Assembly: GCA_039589315.1 (NCBI GenBank) | Contig: JBDHHQ010000040.1 | Span: 1 to 64,000 of the forward strand | DNA length: 64,000 nt | Source of the DNA: Gemmatimonadota bacterium | GTDB taxonomy: Bacteria > Gemmatimonadota > Gemmatimonadetes > Longimicrobiales > Gaopeijiaceae | Reading direction: 5' to 3' | Shown: positions 27,302 through 36,892 of the stretch, piece after piece | How positions within the stretch are numbered: the stretch's first letter is position 1 | Layout of the letters: the number at the start of each line of letters is the position of its first letter | The notes under the pieces: generated by a model | Database searches by the model: none | What the model saw: only the letters and a program-made list of their open reading frames with translations | What the model was told of the DNA's origin: nothing | Position numbers and translations under genes: made by a program

Positions 27302-30300
27302 CCGCGCCGCGGCACCTCGATGGCCGCCCCGGGATCCGGCCGGATCCCGTGCTCGTTCAGCTGTTGGTTGACGCTCGGCATACGCTGCGTGATGTGTTCG
27401 TTCAACACCTCGACGAGCGCGGGGACCTCCTCCCAGGCCTGATCCAGCTGCCAGAGCTGGTCGGCCGTGGGCCGCGAGGTGGATCCCCCGATGGCGAATG
27501 CGGCGCGGGCGTTCGCCGCCGCATCGGTCAGATCCTCTCCCAACTCCTCGAGGGCCTCCTTGAACGCATCGACCTCCTCGGAGAGCGCCTCCGGCGTCCC
27601 CTCGTGACCTTCGATCAGCTCACCGACCTCGTTCAGCTGTTCCCGAAGACGGCGCACCGCTTCCTGGGCCTCGTGAAGGGGACGGGCCAATCGGTAGGCG
27701 CTCATGAGCGCCTCCTGGCGCACGGCCAGGTCCGCCGGGCTGATCTCGACCCGCGGATCGAGGCGCACGGCGACCTCGGTCTCGTGGGTCTCGCCCGCGG
27801 CTTCCAGGCGCACCGTGTACGAGCCCGGGAGTACGCGCGGTCCCTGTGGTGACACGCCCCGCCCGAAGAAGCCGCCCCCGCCCTGCTGCGGCTCCTCCAC
27901 CTCGAACGCCGGCTGGATCCGCAGATCCCAGACGACCTGGTGCAGGCCGGCCTTGCCCGGTCCCTCCAGCGTCCGCACGACCTCACTCTGTGCGTCCAGG
28001 ATCGTGATCGCGGCCTCGGCCTCCACGTCGGAGTCTCCGGCTCCTCGTGCACGGCGGGCCCCGTTTTCTCCCGTGCCGTTCTCGGCGGCGCCGTCGACGC
28101 TCGCCCCGTTGTCGGCAACCGTGGCATCCGCGGCCTCGAGGTCCTGGGCCAGGTGATACCGGATGAGGGCGCCGTAGGGCGGATTCGGGGCTACGTAGAT
28201 CCCGGGCGTCCAGCCTTGGGGCCTGTGCAGCACGAAGGACGTAGCGCGGCGGACGGGGAACAGGTGGGCGTTGGCGGCGAGCACCGCCCCGGACAGATTC
28301 TCCAGTGGGGTGACGTCCGACATGATCCAGATGCCCCGTCCGTGCGTGCCGATGACCAGGTCGTTCTCCCGGGGGTGGATCTCGATGTCGTCCACCGGCA
28401 CCGTCGGTAGGTTGCCGGCGAGCCGGGCCCACTGGCCGCCCCGGTCGATGGAGAAGTGGACACCGGTCTCGTTGCCGAGGAACAGCAGCTCGCGGGTCCT
28501 GGGGTGCTCGGCGATCACGTTCACCGAGGTCGGGGGCAGGCCGGTCACGATCGGTTCCCAGGTGTCACCGTAGTCGGCGCTCCGGTACACGTAGGCGGAG
28601 AAGTCGTCGTTACGGTGGCCATCGAAGGTGGCGAAGACCGTGCCCTCGTCGAACCGCGACGCCACGAGGCGGCTCACGTATGTCCGTTCCGGCAGCCCCG
28701 GGAATCTGCCTGTGAGGTCGGTCCAGCTCGCCCCGCCGTCGCGGGTCCGGTGGACCTTGCCGTCGTCGCTGCCGGCGTACAGGAGACCCCGGTCCAGGGG
28801 GGACTCGGCGATCGTCTCGAGGTTGCCGTAGGACGACTGCCCGTCGTTCCGGGACATCTGGGGCTCCGACCCCTTGACGCCCATGATCTCCAGCTCGTCA
28901 CGATCGATGCCGTGGGTGAGGTCGGGGCTGATCTCCTCCCATGTCCTCCCCAGGTCGGTGGAGCGGAAGAGCACGTTGCTCCCCACGTAGACCGTGTTCG
29001 GATCGTGAGACGACCACACGACCGGTGTGTCCCAGTTCCAACGGAGCTCGCGCTCCTCCTCGTCCTCCGGCTGGTCGGGGAGCGGCCGGGTAACCGGTCG
29101 AATGCGGGCGCGCTCCATGGTCTCCAGGTCTACGAGGGTCAGGTTTCCGCCCTGTGACTCCGCGAACATGACGCCGGGACGATCCGGGTGCATGACCGTG
29201 TGGAAGCCGTCTCCGCCCCCGACGTTGTACCAATCCCGCGTGCGGATCCCCTGGTTCGACCACGTGTCGCTGGGGGCGCACCACGATCCGTTGTCCTGCA
29301 GGCCGCCACATACGTGGTAGGGGTCCCGCTGGTCGACGCCGATCTCGTAGAACTGGGCGATGGGCAGGTTGCGAAGCTGCCGCCAGCTCTCGCCCCGGTC
29401 CCAGGTGACCGACACGCCGCCATCGCTGCCCAGGATCATGTGGTCCGAGTCGCCCGGGTCGATCCAGAGCGCGTGGTGATCGAGGTGGACGCCCGCGGCC
29501 GCGTCATCGGTGAAGGTCTTCCCGCCGTCGCTGGACCGGAAGAGGTTGGACCCGCCCAGGTAGATCCGCTCGGGATCGCCGGGATCCACGCGCACCTGGC
29601 TGTAGTACATGGGCCGATTGTTGGTGGTGCTCGTCTGCTCCCAGGTGAGCCCCCTGTCGCGCGACCGGTATACGCCGTTCTTGTCTGCGCGCCCCCCGGA
29701 GAATCCCTGGCCCGGGCGTCGTGGATCGGCCTCCACGACCGCGAAGATCAGGTTGGGGTCCTCACGGTAGATGTCCAGGCCGATGCGCCCCACGTCCCCA
29801 TCGGGCAGCCCTTCGGTCATCTCCTGCCATGAGTCCCCCCCGTCGGTGGTCCGGTAGATCCCGCTCCCCGGGCCGCCCCCGTTGAAGCCCCATCCGGTCC
29901 GACGGCGCTGGTACATCGCCGCGAACAGGGTCTGGGGATCCCCGGGATCCATGACCAGGTCGATGGCGCCCGTGTCCTCGTCGACGAACAGCACGAGCTC
30001 CCAGCTCTCGCCGCCATCGGTGGTCCGGTACACCCCGCGCTCCGGGTTCGCGCCCCACAGACGGCCCACCGCCGCCACGTACACCACGTCCGGGTTCCGG
30101 GGGTGGATACGAATCCGCGAGATGTGGTGGGTGGCCTCCAGGCCCCTGTGCTCCCACGTCCCACCGGCGTCCATCGACCGGTAGACGCCGTTGCCCCAAG
30201 GCGAGCTCTGCCGGTTCTGCGGCTCTCCGGTCCCCACCCACACGACGTTCGGATTGGAGGGTGCGACGGTTACGTCCCCCACGGATGCGGTGGCCTCATT

Positions 30301-30573
30301 GTCGAAGACCGACTCGAATGTGGTCCCGTGGTTGACGGTCTTCCAGACGCCACCCGTGGCCGTGCCCACGTAGAAGACGGCGGGCTTCGACTCCACGATC
30401 GCCAGGTCCGACACTCGGCCGCCCATGATCGTGGGACCGATGTTTCGCCACTCCATGCCGCCGGCCGCGGCTTCGAGCTGGGCCTGGCTGACCTGGCCGG
30501 CCACCGGCACGGACGTCAGCGACAACAGTACGGCGAGGGATCCAACGAGCGGAGGGATCCGTGAAGGTGCCAT
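27298..30573 (-). CDS. Secreted VPS10/sortilin-like BNR-repeat beta-propeller protein
   Basis: WRNIGP...GGRV; many S.D.G.TW Asp-boxes; GGLQDNG, GGDGF, THGRG. Confidence 0.9.
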   Translation of the reverse strand: MAPSRIPPLVGSLAVLLSLTSVPVAGQVSQAQLEAAAGGMEWRNIGPTIMGGRVSDLAIVESKPAVFYVGTATGGVWKTVNHGTTFESVFDNEATASVGDVTVAPSNPNVVWVGTGEPQNRQSSPWGNGVYRSMDAGGTWEHRGLEATHHISRIRIHPRNPDVVYVAAVGRLWGANPERGVYRTTDGGESWELVLFVDEDTGAIDLVMDPGDPQTLFAAMYQRRRTGWGFNGGGPGSGIYRTTDGGDSWQEMTEGLPDGDVGRIGLDIYREDPNLIFAVVEADPRRPGQGFSGGRADKNGVYRSRDRGLTWEQTSTTNNRPMYYSQVRVDPGDPERIYLGGSNLFRSSDGGKTFTDDAAAGVHLDHHALWIDPGDSDHMILGSDGGVSVTWDRGESWRQLRNLPIAQFYEIGVDQRDPYHVCGGLQDNGSWCAPSDTWSNQGIRTRDWYNVGGGDGFHTVMHPDRPGVMFAESQGGNLTLVDLETMERARIRPVTRPLPDQPEDEEERELRWNWDTPVVWSSHDPNTVYVGSNVLFRSTDLGRTWEEISPDLTHGIDRDELEIMGVKGSEPQMSRNDGQSSYGNLETIAESPLDRGLLYAGSDDGKVHRTRDGGASWTDLTGRFPGLPERTYVSRLVASRFDEGTVFATFDGHRNDDFSAYVYRSADYGDTWEPIVTGLPPTSVNVIAEHPRTRELLFLGNETGVHFSIDRGGQWARLAGNLPTVPVDDIEIHPRENDLVIGTHGRGIWIMSDVTPLENLSGAVLAANAHLFPVRRATSFVLHRPQGWTPGIYVAPNPPYGALIRYHLAQDLEAADATVADNGASVDGAAENGTGENGARRARGAGDSDVEAEAAITILDAQSEVVRTLEGPGKAGLHQVVWDLRIQPAFEVEEPQQGGGGFFGRGVSPQGPRVLPGSYTVRLEAAGETHETEVAVRLDPRVEISPADLAVRQEALMSAYRLARPLHEAQEAVRRLREQLNEVGELIEGHEGTPEALSEEVDAFKEALEELGEDLTDAAANARAAFAIGGSTSRPTADQLWQLDQAWEEVPALVEVLNEHITQRMPSVNQQLNEHGIRPDPGAAIEVPRRG

Positions 30574-30686
30574 GACGGGCCTCGTGGCGGAATGGTCGGT
30601 TCCGGGACGGGCGCAACGTGAGCGTCCTCCCGGGGACTCCGCAAGATCGGGCGCACGCCGAGGGAGGCGGCGGCAAGCCCACCAAG

Positions 30687-30829
30687 CTAGAGTGAGGTGC
30701 TGCAGACGGCTGGTGGCTACCGAGGGGGCCGATGCGCCCGAGCCGGCAAGGCGCGGAGACGAGTAATAGCAGCGCTATTGCGAGGAACCGCAACGCCGCC
30801 GGGCGGGATGCAGCGGCTCTCGAATAGCA
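30687..30829. repeat. Near-complete copy of the CTAG-bounded imperfect palindrome, missing its right end
   Basis: Starts at CTAG 30687; long hairpin 30716-30828 with apical TAATAGC-AGC-GCTATTG; right arm identical to 12871-12919. Confidence 0.85.
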
Positions 30830-31139
30830 GAAACACGTACAGTCGACCGAAGGGGATGTCTGCTCCGCACTCGACGCAGATGCCGTACCGTCCGCCCTCC
30901 ATGCACCTGAGCGCTTCCTGGAGGCGCGCCAGCTTGATCCGCTCTCTCTCCTGCAGGCTCTTGGTGAGCCCCTGGTTCTGTAACGAGTCCATGCGGGAGA
31001 GCCGCCCGACGGCGGTCTGGTCCAACTCCACGGGGCGGGCCGCCTCCTCGGTCAGCTTCATGCTCCGTTCGAGGCGCTGGAGCTGGTGCGTGAGCTCGAG
31101 CCGCAGCTCCGCCACCTGGTCGTCGGTCAGGTGCTTCAC
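30717..31139 (-). pseudogene. TraR/DksA C4 zinc-finger protein whose C-terminus is replaced by the repeat
   Basis: LDQTAVGRLSRMDSLQ.Q and YGICVECGADIPFGRL; second CxxC is absent because repeat sequence follows YVF; GTGA overlap with the upstream stop. Confidence 0.8.
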
Positions 31140-31777
31140 CGGCCCGGCTGTCGTGTGTCGGGCATTCCGCCCTGGCCACGGCCGGGTGGAGAGCCGAGGG
31201 CTTCGCGCAGGGCCCGGGCCGAGTCGTAGAGGGACGTTTGCAGGTACGCGGCTTCCTCCGCGGGCCCCCTGCTGATCGGACCTTCCTCGCCGGGCTCGAC
31301 GTGCCCCTCCACCAGGGTCGGCCCGGCCTGCCCGAAGGCCTGGTCCAGCGCCGACGCATACTCCTGAGGCGTCCGGCAGGAGTACGCCCGACGAAAGCCG
31401 CAGGCGCGCGCCACCTCTCCGTAGCGCACGCGGCCCGCTCCGGCCACCGGCTGCCCGCCGGTCAGCTCGAAGGCTCCGTTGTCGACCACGATCAGCACCA
31501 GGTTGGTGACGCCGGACTCCACGATCGTGACGAGGGTGCCGAGGCTCATCAACAGGCTGCCGTCGCCGTTCAGGCAAATCACCGTGCGCCCGGGTTGCGC
31601 CATGGCGATCCCGAGAGCCAGGTCGGCGGTATGGCCCATTGCGCTGTCGGCGGAGGCGAAGTCAAACGCATGGTTGGAGTACCTACCCCAGGGCCGCACG
31701 GTGGACATGGTGGTGACCACGACCTCGTCGGTCCGTCGGGCGGCGAGGGGCTCGAGGAGCTGCGCGGTCGTGAGCAT
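31136..31777 (-). CDS. ThDP-dependent decarboxylase beta subunit (ComE/phosphonopyruvate decarboxylase-like)
   Basis: AMG...ALG.A; GDGSLLMSLG...VDN ThDP-binding motif; TGGQ. Confidence 0.85.
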   Translation of the reverse strand: MLTTAQLLEPLAARRTDEVVVTTMSTVRPWGRYSNHAFDFASADSAMGHTADLALGIAMAQPGRTVICLNGDGSLLMSLGTLVTIVESGVTNLVLIVVDNGAFELTGGQPVAGAGRVRYGEVARACGFRRAYSCRTPQEYASALDQAFGQAGPTLVEGHVEPGEEGPISRGPAEEAAYLQTSLYDSARALREALGSPPGRGQGGMPDTRQPGR

Positions 31778-32358
31778 CAGTCTGCCGCGAGCGGCGCCGT
31801 GAGCAGGATCGCCACGGGCCGTTCTTCGGTTCGTGCCCGCACCCAGGCCGCGCGAATCGACTCGGCTTCTCGTTCCGGGTCCAGGAACACGTACGGGATG
31901 GCCCATGCCCCGAGCGTCGGCAATAAGTGGACCGCGGCCGAGTCGACATCGTGGCGCTGCAACTCGCCATGGTCGGCGGGAACGGAGCCAGGATCGATGC
32001 CGGCCCTCAGCATCTTCGCGTACCCCCGGTACCCCACCAGGCAGAGGACCGGGACTCCCATGCGAACCGCGGTGCCTCGGATGGCATCGCCGCTCTCCAT
32101 CAGCCCGGTGCATTGAATGGATACCACGGGCATCCGTCCGCCCAGCCAAAGGCCGGCGGCGACCGCGAAGGCCTCGCCCTCCCTGGTCACGGTGAGGCAC
32201 CGGACCCGATGATCGGAGGAGGCGAGGTCGAAGAGAGCAGCCGACGCGTTATCCGGGATTCCCAGCAGGTCCGTGGCGCCCTGGGCGATCAGGCCCGCGA
32301 GGACCTGCGCCGCGGACGGCTGTGGTGGCGGCTTGGGGGTCTTATACACCCGAAACAC
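31777..32358 (-). CDS. ThDP-dependent decarboxylase alpha subunit (ComD-like)
   Basis: GIPD, TREGEA.AVAAGLWLGG, Q.TGL, GYRG. Confidence 0.82.
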   Translation of the reverse strand: MFRVYKTPKPPPQPSAAQVLAGLIAQGATDLLGIPDNASAALFDLASSDHRVRCLTVTREGEAFAVAAGLWLGGRMPVVSIQCTGLMESGDAIRGTAVRMGVPVLCLVGYRGYAKMLRAGIDPGSVPADHGELQRHDVDSAAVHLLPTLGAWAIPYVFLDPEREAESIRAAWVRARTEERPVAILLTAPLAAD

Positions 32359-33403
32359 CCAGCACGTTGGTGATGCCGAAGGCCTCCAGCGTCATCCAGA
32401 TGCCGAAGCCGACGTAAAGGGCCATCATCCAGATGGCCTCCGCCACGGTCAGCTCCATGTCGCGACGCATGAAGACCAGCATGAAGATCGTCGCGATCAT
32501 GAGGAATCCCATCATGGGTACGGTCTGGGAGAAGCTCACGGTCACCGCCCCCCCGACCAGGATCGCCACCGGTATGGCGACGAGCAGGTCGAAGACGTTG
32601 CTGCCGAGGACGTTGGAGATGCTGGCATCCTGACGGCCGGCCTGCGACGCCTTGATGCTGATCAGCGTGTCGGGGATCGACGTTGCCACGGCTACGACGG
32701 TCATGCCCCACAGAAACGACGGCGTCTCCAACAGCTCGCCCAGGGTGAGCGCTGCCCGCAGCAGGATCTCCACGCCGACCATGATGAAGACCACGCTGAC
32801 GAGGACGACGCTCCACTCCTTGAAGAGGTTCACCGGCGGTGGCGGCTGGTCCCGCGCCGCTCGGGTGCGGCGCGCGTCCCGCACCTCCTCGTACTGGATA
32901 TAGAGGTAGAGCCCGTAGAGCAGGAGCGGGATCATCGCGAGAGGTCTGGTGAACACGCCGTACACCTCGGACGTGCCCGGCGGTGGAGCCGACGACGGTC
33001 CCCCATTGAGGATCACGCTCAGGCAGACCACCAGCAGCAGGACCGTGACCGACACCAGGTAGAACTGGGCCTCCCGGTACACCAACTCACGGTTGGACGT
33101 GAGGGGCCGGCCCTGGATCAACACCGAAGCCGCAGGAATGACCAGGACGTTGTAGATGGCGGAGCCGATGATGGCCGCCAGGCCGAGCTCGAAATCGCCA
33201 TGCAGCAGGATCGCGAGCACCGCGGTCATGAGCTCGGGCATGCTCGAGGACACGGCCGTGAGCACCGAGCCCCGCACGATGTCCGGGACTCCGTAGTGCC
33301 TGGCGAGCCAGTGACTCGACTCCTCCAGACGATTGCACGAGGCCCAGAGCAGAGCCGAGGCGACGGCGACTCCCAGGACGACCAGAGCGAGGGTGGAGAT
33401 CAC
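32342..33403 (-). CDS. Sodium/calcium (CaCA, YrbG-like) exchanger
   Basis: Alpha repeats SSSMPEL...IIGSAIYN and ATSIPDT...NVLGSNVFD. Confidence 0.9.
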   Translation of the reverse strand: MISTLALVVLGVAVASALLWASCNRLEESSHWLARHYGVPDIVRGSVLTAVSSSMPELMTAVLAILLHGDFELGLAAIIGSAIYNVLVIPAASVLIQGRPLTSNRELVYREAQFYLVSVTVLLLVVCLSVILNGGPSSAPPPGTSEVYGVFTRPLAMIPLLLYGLYLYIQYEEVRDARRTRAARDQPPPPVNLFKEWSVVLVSVVFIMVGVEILLRAALTLGELLETPSFLWGMTVVAVATSIPDTLISIKASQAGRQDASISNVLGSNVFDLLVAIPVAILVGGAVTVSFSQTVPMMGFLMIATIFMLVFMRRDMELTVAEAIWMMALYVGFGIWMTLEAFGITNVLGVSGV

Positions 33404-33556
33404 CGCGAGACCCTAGCCCGCAGCATCATGGACCCAGTGCGTCGGAGTGGGGGCGCTGGTGCCGGCGGCATCGTCGGGTCGGCGTAACGGTCGCAAGATC
33501 GGCATCTCCTGGGGCATCATCCAAGCTGAGCCCCCGCCCCGGGCGCCGCAACGGCT

Positions 33557-33909
33557 TCAGACACGTCGGAAGCTCGCGTGGAGAAACTGCTGGTCGACTC
33601 CGTCGGTCGTCGTGTGCGTCTTCAACTCGCTGGAGACGAGCTCGAGAGCCGGGCCGAGCACCCGGCGCAACTCGTCGACGCGACCCGATGCACGTCCAGG
33701 CCGCTGCACCGCGCGGGTCCTTCGGGCCCGAACGTGGCCACGACCACGTGTCCGCCCGGAGCCAGGGCCGCGAGCAGCGCCGCCCGGTAGCGGTCGGGGC
33801 AGGCAGCCTGGATGCTCTCGGGTGAGGGAATCGGACGGGGCTGATGCCAACTAACCCTTTCGGGATCCCTCGTGCGGTAGATGTGGTCCCAGTGCTGCCG
33901 GCGGTTCAT
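33557..33909 (-). pseudogene. Class I SAM methyltransferase remnant (core deleted, frameshifted)
   Basis: MNRRQHWDHIY...VSWHQPRP joined directly to YRAAL..ALAPGGHVVVATFGPEGP.RCSGL; C-terminus H.T..G..QQF..A.FRR lies in another frame. Confidence 0.78.
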
Positions 33910-34072
33910 CCGCGAACCTTCGCCACTCGGGACGGCCGTGGCAACGGGCGTTCCCCGGCTGCCGACGGGGCCTGCAGGGCGCCCCGGGCAGACCCTCGAC
34001 CGCTTCGCCTCCGCCCTCGGCACGCTTGCGCCGGGTGCGCCAGAGGTCGATTCTCCTGTGACTCCAGCACAG

Positions 34073-34807
34073 ATGTTCGACATGCGCGCGCCCATCATCT
34101 TCTCGCCGGCACCCCACGAGACCCGTTGGTACGACCGGCTCGGGCTGCCGTTGGTGCTGCTGGGCAACCTGGCCATGGTCGCGTTCGTCTACCCGAGCGC
34201 GCTCACCACCCGCGCACGGTTCGACCCGCCGCTGGCGCGGCTCCTCGCCTTCCTGCGGGAGCGGGATCGGCCGCTGATCTTCTATTCCTGGCACGCCTAC
34301 GAGCAGCTGGTGGTCTGCGCCGTGGCCACCCTGCCCAGGGAGCTCATCCCCTTCGGGATCGGACACGACGGGATTCTCTCCCGCATGCTCCAACGGGGCA
34401 CCACGGGCCTGGGCATCCCGGTTTGGGTCTACCGTCGACGCTCACCGGTTCGGCCGAGCCAGCAGCTCATCGACTTTCTGAGAAACGCCAACGAGCCCCC
34501 GGCCGTGGGCCTTTTCACCGACGCGGGAGGCCCCTACGGCGAGGCGAAACGGGGACTGTTGGAGGTGGCACGAGCGGCCCGCGCATGGCTGGTGCCGCTC
34601 ACCGTACGAGCGCGGCCGGTGGTGATCTTGAGGAAGCCCGCACCCTACGCCCTGCCGCTTCCGTTCAGCCGGATTCAGGCTTTCTACGGGAAGCCGTTGG
34701 ACGGCTCGGTAGTCACGCTCGAAGAGTGCTCACGTGCCTTGGCGGACGTGGACCGAAGAGCCCATGGGGTCTGGCAGTCTCACGCCCCGCCGCGGGTCAC
34801 TGAATAG
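34073..34807 (+). CDS. DUF374 / lysophospholipid acyltransferase-like protein
   Basis: SWH, DG...S, D..GP...AK.G...A, PLPFSR; start uncertain (ORF open from 33881). Confidence 0.65.
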   Translation: MFDMRAPIIFSPAPHETRWYDRLGLPLVLLGNLAMVAFVYPSALTTRARFDPPLARLLAFLRERDRPLIFYSWHAYEQLVVCAVATLPRELIPFGIGHDGILSRMLQRGTTGLGIPVWVYRRRSPVRPSQQLIDFLRNANEPPAVGLFTDAGGPYGEAKRGLLEVARAARAWLVPLTVRARPVVILRKPAPYALPLPFSRIQAFYGKPLDGSVVTLEECSRALADVDRRAHGVWQSHAPPRVTE

Positions 34808-35307
34808 CGCAGGCTCACGATCCCGCTGGGGAATGTCTCGGTGCCCTCGAGCGTGAGCGATACCGGGCCCGCCAGGGCCGGCAGCATGGGAACGCCGCCA
34901 CCCAGGAGGATGGGCACCACTGCCACCTCCACGTCGTCGACGAGGTCCGCCTCCACGAGCGTCCGGAACAGTCGGCCACCGCCGAAAAGCCAGATCGCCT
35001 TACCCTCTTGCCGGCGAAGCTCCGAGATGACGCCCACCGGGTCGTCGGAGACCTCGACGCGCGGGTGGTCCTGGGAACGGAGCGTCCGAGAGAAGACCCA
35101 GGGCCGCGCGCCGGGCAGCCCGTGCGTCCCCTGCTCGTGTCCCCGGAGGATCTCGTAGGAGCGCCGGCCCATTACGACCACGTCGAACCGGTCGAAGAAC
35201 GACTCGAAGTCGATCGCGGGGTCCACGACGATCCAGTCGAACTGGTCCTCCGGCCCGGCGATGAACCCGTCCAGGCTCATGGCGACGGCGTAGCGCACCC
35301 GCTTCAT
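34780..35307 (-). CDS. Dihydrofolate reductase-like (RibD C-terminal) protein
   Basis: AMSLDGFIA, MGRRSY, WLFGGG, PILLGGG. Confidence 0.9.
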   Translation of the reverse strand: MKRVRYAVAMSLDGFIAGPEDQFDWIVVDPAIDFESFFDRFDVVVMGRRSYEILRGHEQGTHGLPGARPWVFSRTLRSQDHPRVEVSDDPVGVISELRRQEGKAIWLFGGGRLFRTLVEADLVDDVEVAVVPILLGGGVPMLPALAGPVSLTLEGTETFPSGIVSLRYSVTRGGA

Positions 35308-35393
35308 GCCGACTGCCTGAGCCTCCGCCCGGTGCTCGCCGACCCATCCTCGGCTAGGCGGGCGCGTGCTGCTCCGGGGCTGCTCATCCCCCG

Positions 35394-35645
35394 TCAGCCG
35401 TGCCGATCGTGGCTCTCCTCATACTGAAGGCGCTCATGCATGAGGTCCGTGGCCTGAGCGGCGTCCCGTCGCTTCGCCGCTCTCATGCTCTTCGCCCGTG
35501 TGCCTTCGGAGTGGACTCTGGGGAGAGAGATCAGCTTCTCGAGGTCGGCACCGTTACAGGCCGGACACTCGGGGGTCTGGTCGCCCCGAACCAGGAGCTC
35601 GAACTCGTTGCCACACGCTCGGCAGAAGTACTCGTAGATGGGCAC
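35394..35645 (-). CDS. FmdB-family zinc-ribbon protein
   Basis: MPIYEY.C..C...FE...CP.C. Confidence 0.88.
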   Translation of the reverse strand: MPIYEYFCRACGNEFELLVRGDQTPECPACNGADLEKLISLPRVHSEGTRAKSMRAAKRRDAAQATDLMHERLQYEESHDRHG

Positions 35646-35799
35646 CGTGGGTCTCCGTCGTGTCGAAGGCGCTCCGTCGTGCTCTACGCCAACCCCGGCC
35701 CCGGGGGCTCCGGAGGTGCCGCCGCCAGCTCGGGCGCGACGGCCCGAGCACGGTCACAACTCTGTCCCTGGTCACTCGCCGCGGCAAGGGTGCCCGGAG

Positions 35800-36324
35800 T
35801 CAATCGGTACGACCCAACCCCGCCTCGGCCAGGACGGACTCGATGAACGGCGACTTGGCGTCGGTATACGCACGCCGATCCCTGCCGAGGCTGGACGCCA
35901 GCCGGTGCTTCAGCTCGAAGTAGGCCCTGGCCCGCTCCGCATCGGCTCTGAGGCGGTCGCGGAATGCCAGGTGGCGAAGCCAGAAAGCGCCGCCCAACCG
36001 CACGCAATGCAGATGGTGGGTCCGTGGCCGACGGCGGGGCTTCCGGAAGTATCGGCGCCCCGGCAGCTCCGCTTCATACTCCGGCACGTATTCGTAGCCG
36101 CTCTCCTCGAGAGCCGGAATCCGAGCTTCGACCCGGGCCAGGGACGCCACGCCGACCATGACGTCGAGGATCGGCTTCCCTCCAAGGCCAGGGACGGCCG
36201 TGCTGCCCACATGCTCGATCACCGCTGCGGTGCCCTCGAAGACCTGTGCGAGCCTTCGGCGCTCTTCCTCGTACGCCTGCGGCCACCGGGAATCGTAGGG
36301 CACGATGACGATCGGATCGGTCAC
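35800..36324 (-). CDS. GrpB-family nucleotidyltransferase-fold protein
   Basis: EHVGSTAVPGL..KPILD, HLAFRD.LR, Y..LK, YTDAK. Confidence 0.9.
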   Translation of the reverse strand: MTDPIVIVPYDSRWPQAYEEERRRLAQVFEGTAAVIEHVGSTAVPGLGGKPILDVMVGVASLARVEARIPALEESGYEYVPEYEAELPGRRYFRKPRRRPRTHHLHCVRLGGAFWLRHLAFRDRLRADAERARAYFELKHRLASSLGRDRRAYTDAKSPFIESVLAEAGLGRTD

Positions 36325-36346
36325 GTGGGCCCTCCGCCTTCGCCGC

Positions 36347-36892
36347 TCAACGGAGGAAGGAGATCAGCCAGCGCACGATGGTAAACAAACCGACCGGGAT
36401 CGCCGCCGCCAGCGCGAGTCCCGCGGCCCAGCAGCCGGTGAGCGCCACCCGATCCGCCACGCGCTGAGCACGAGTCTCGGGCTCGGCGAGGCCCTTGCGG
36501 GGCTTCGACGTGGGAAGGTCCAGAGCGGTCAGGTCAGACTGGACCACGACGGGGAGAGCATCGAGCCCGGCCTGGATCACTCCAGATGGGAACTGGGCGA
36601 CCAGGTCGTTCAGGTGGCCCCGCCCGTGCCGAGTGAGGAACAGCGAGATGGCAGGGTCCACATCGGGGCCGCGCACGCCGGAGAGGAAGAGGTACTTGCC
36701 GGCCTCGACGCGATCGCCGAGCCGATCCAGCAGCCGGCCATAGCGTGCCAGCACATCTGCGTTGGTGGCGTTCTGCCGAATCGCCCCCTGGAGGATCTCA
36801 CGCGCTCGCCACAGGCGGCCTGCCTCGACCTCGTGCTCGACCCTGGTGAGAAGCCTACCGGCCGGAGGCGTCTGAGGGCGGTCTTCGGTCAT
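36347..36892 (-). CDS. DUF6584-like protein (TPR-like N-terminus, C-terminal TM)
   Basis: L.RVE.E..AG..WRAR..L.G...GD..EAGKY; hydrophobic C-terminus. Confidence 0.65.
   Translation of the reverse strand: MTEDRPQTPPAGRLLTRVEHEVEAGRLWRAREILQGAIRQNATNADVLARYGRLLDRLGDRVEAGKYLFLSGVRGPDVDPAISLFLTRHGRGHLNDLVAQFPSGVIQAGLDALPVVVQSDLTALDLPTSKPRKGLAEPETRAQRVADRVALTGCWAAGLALAAAIPVGLFTIVRWLISFLR

Noticed and set aside
12871..30829. CRISPR interpretation of the 49-bp repeat
   Set aside because: Copies are about 18 kb apart, with no spacer array and no cas genes
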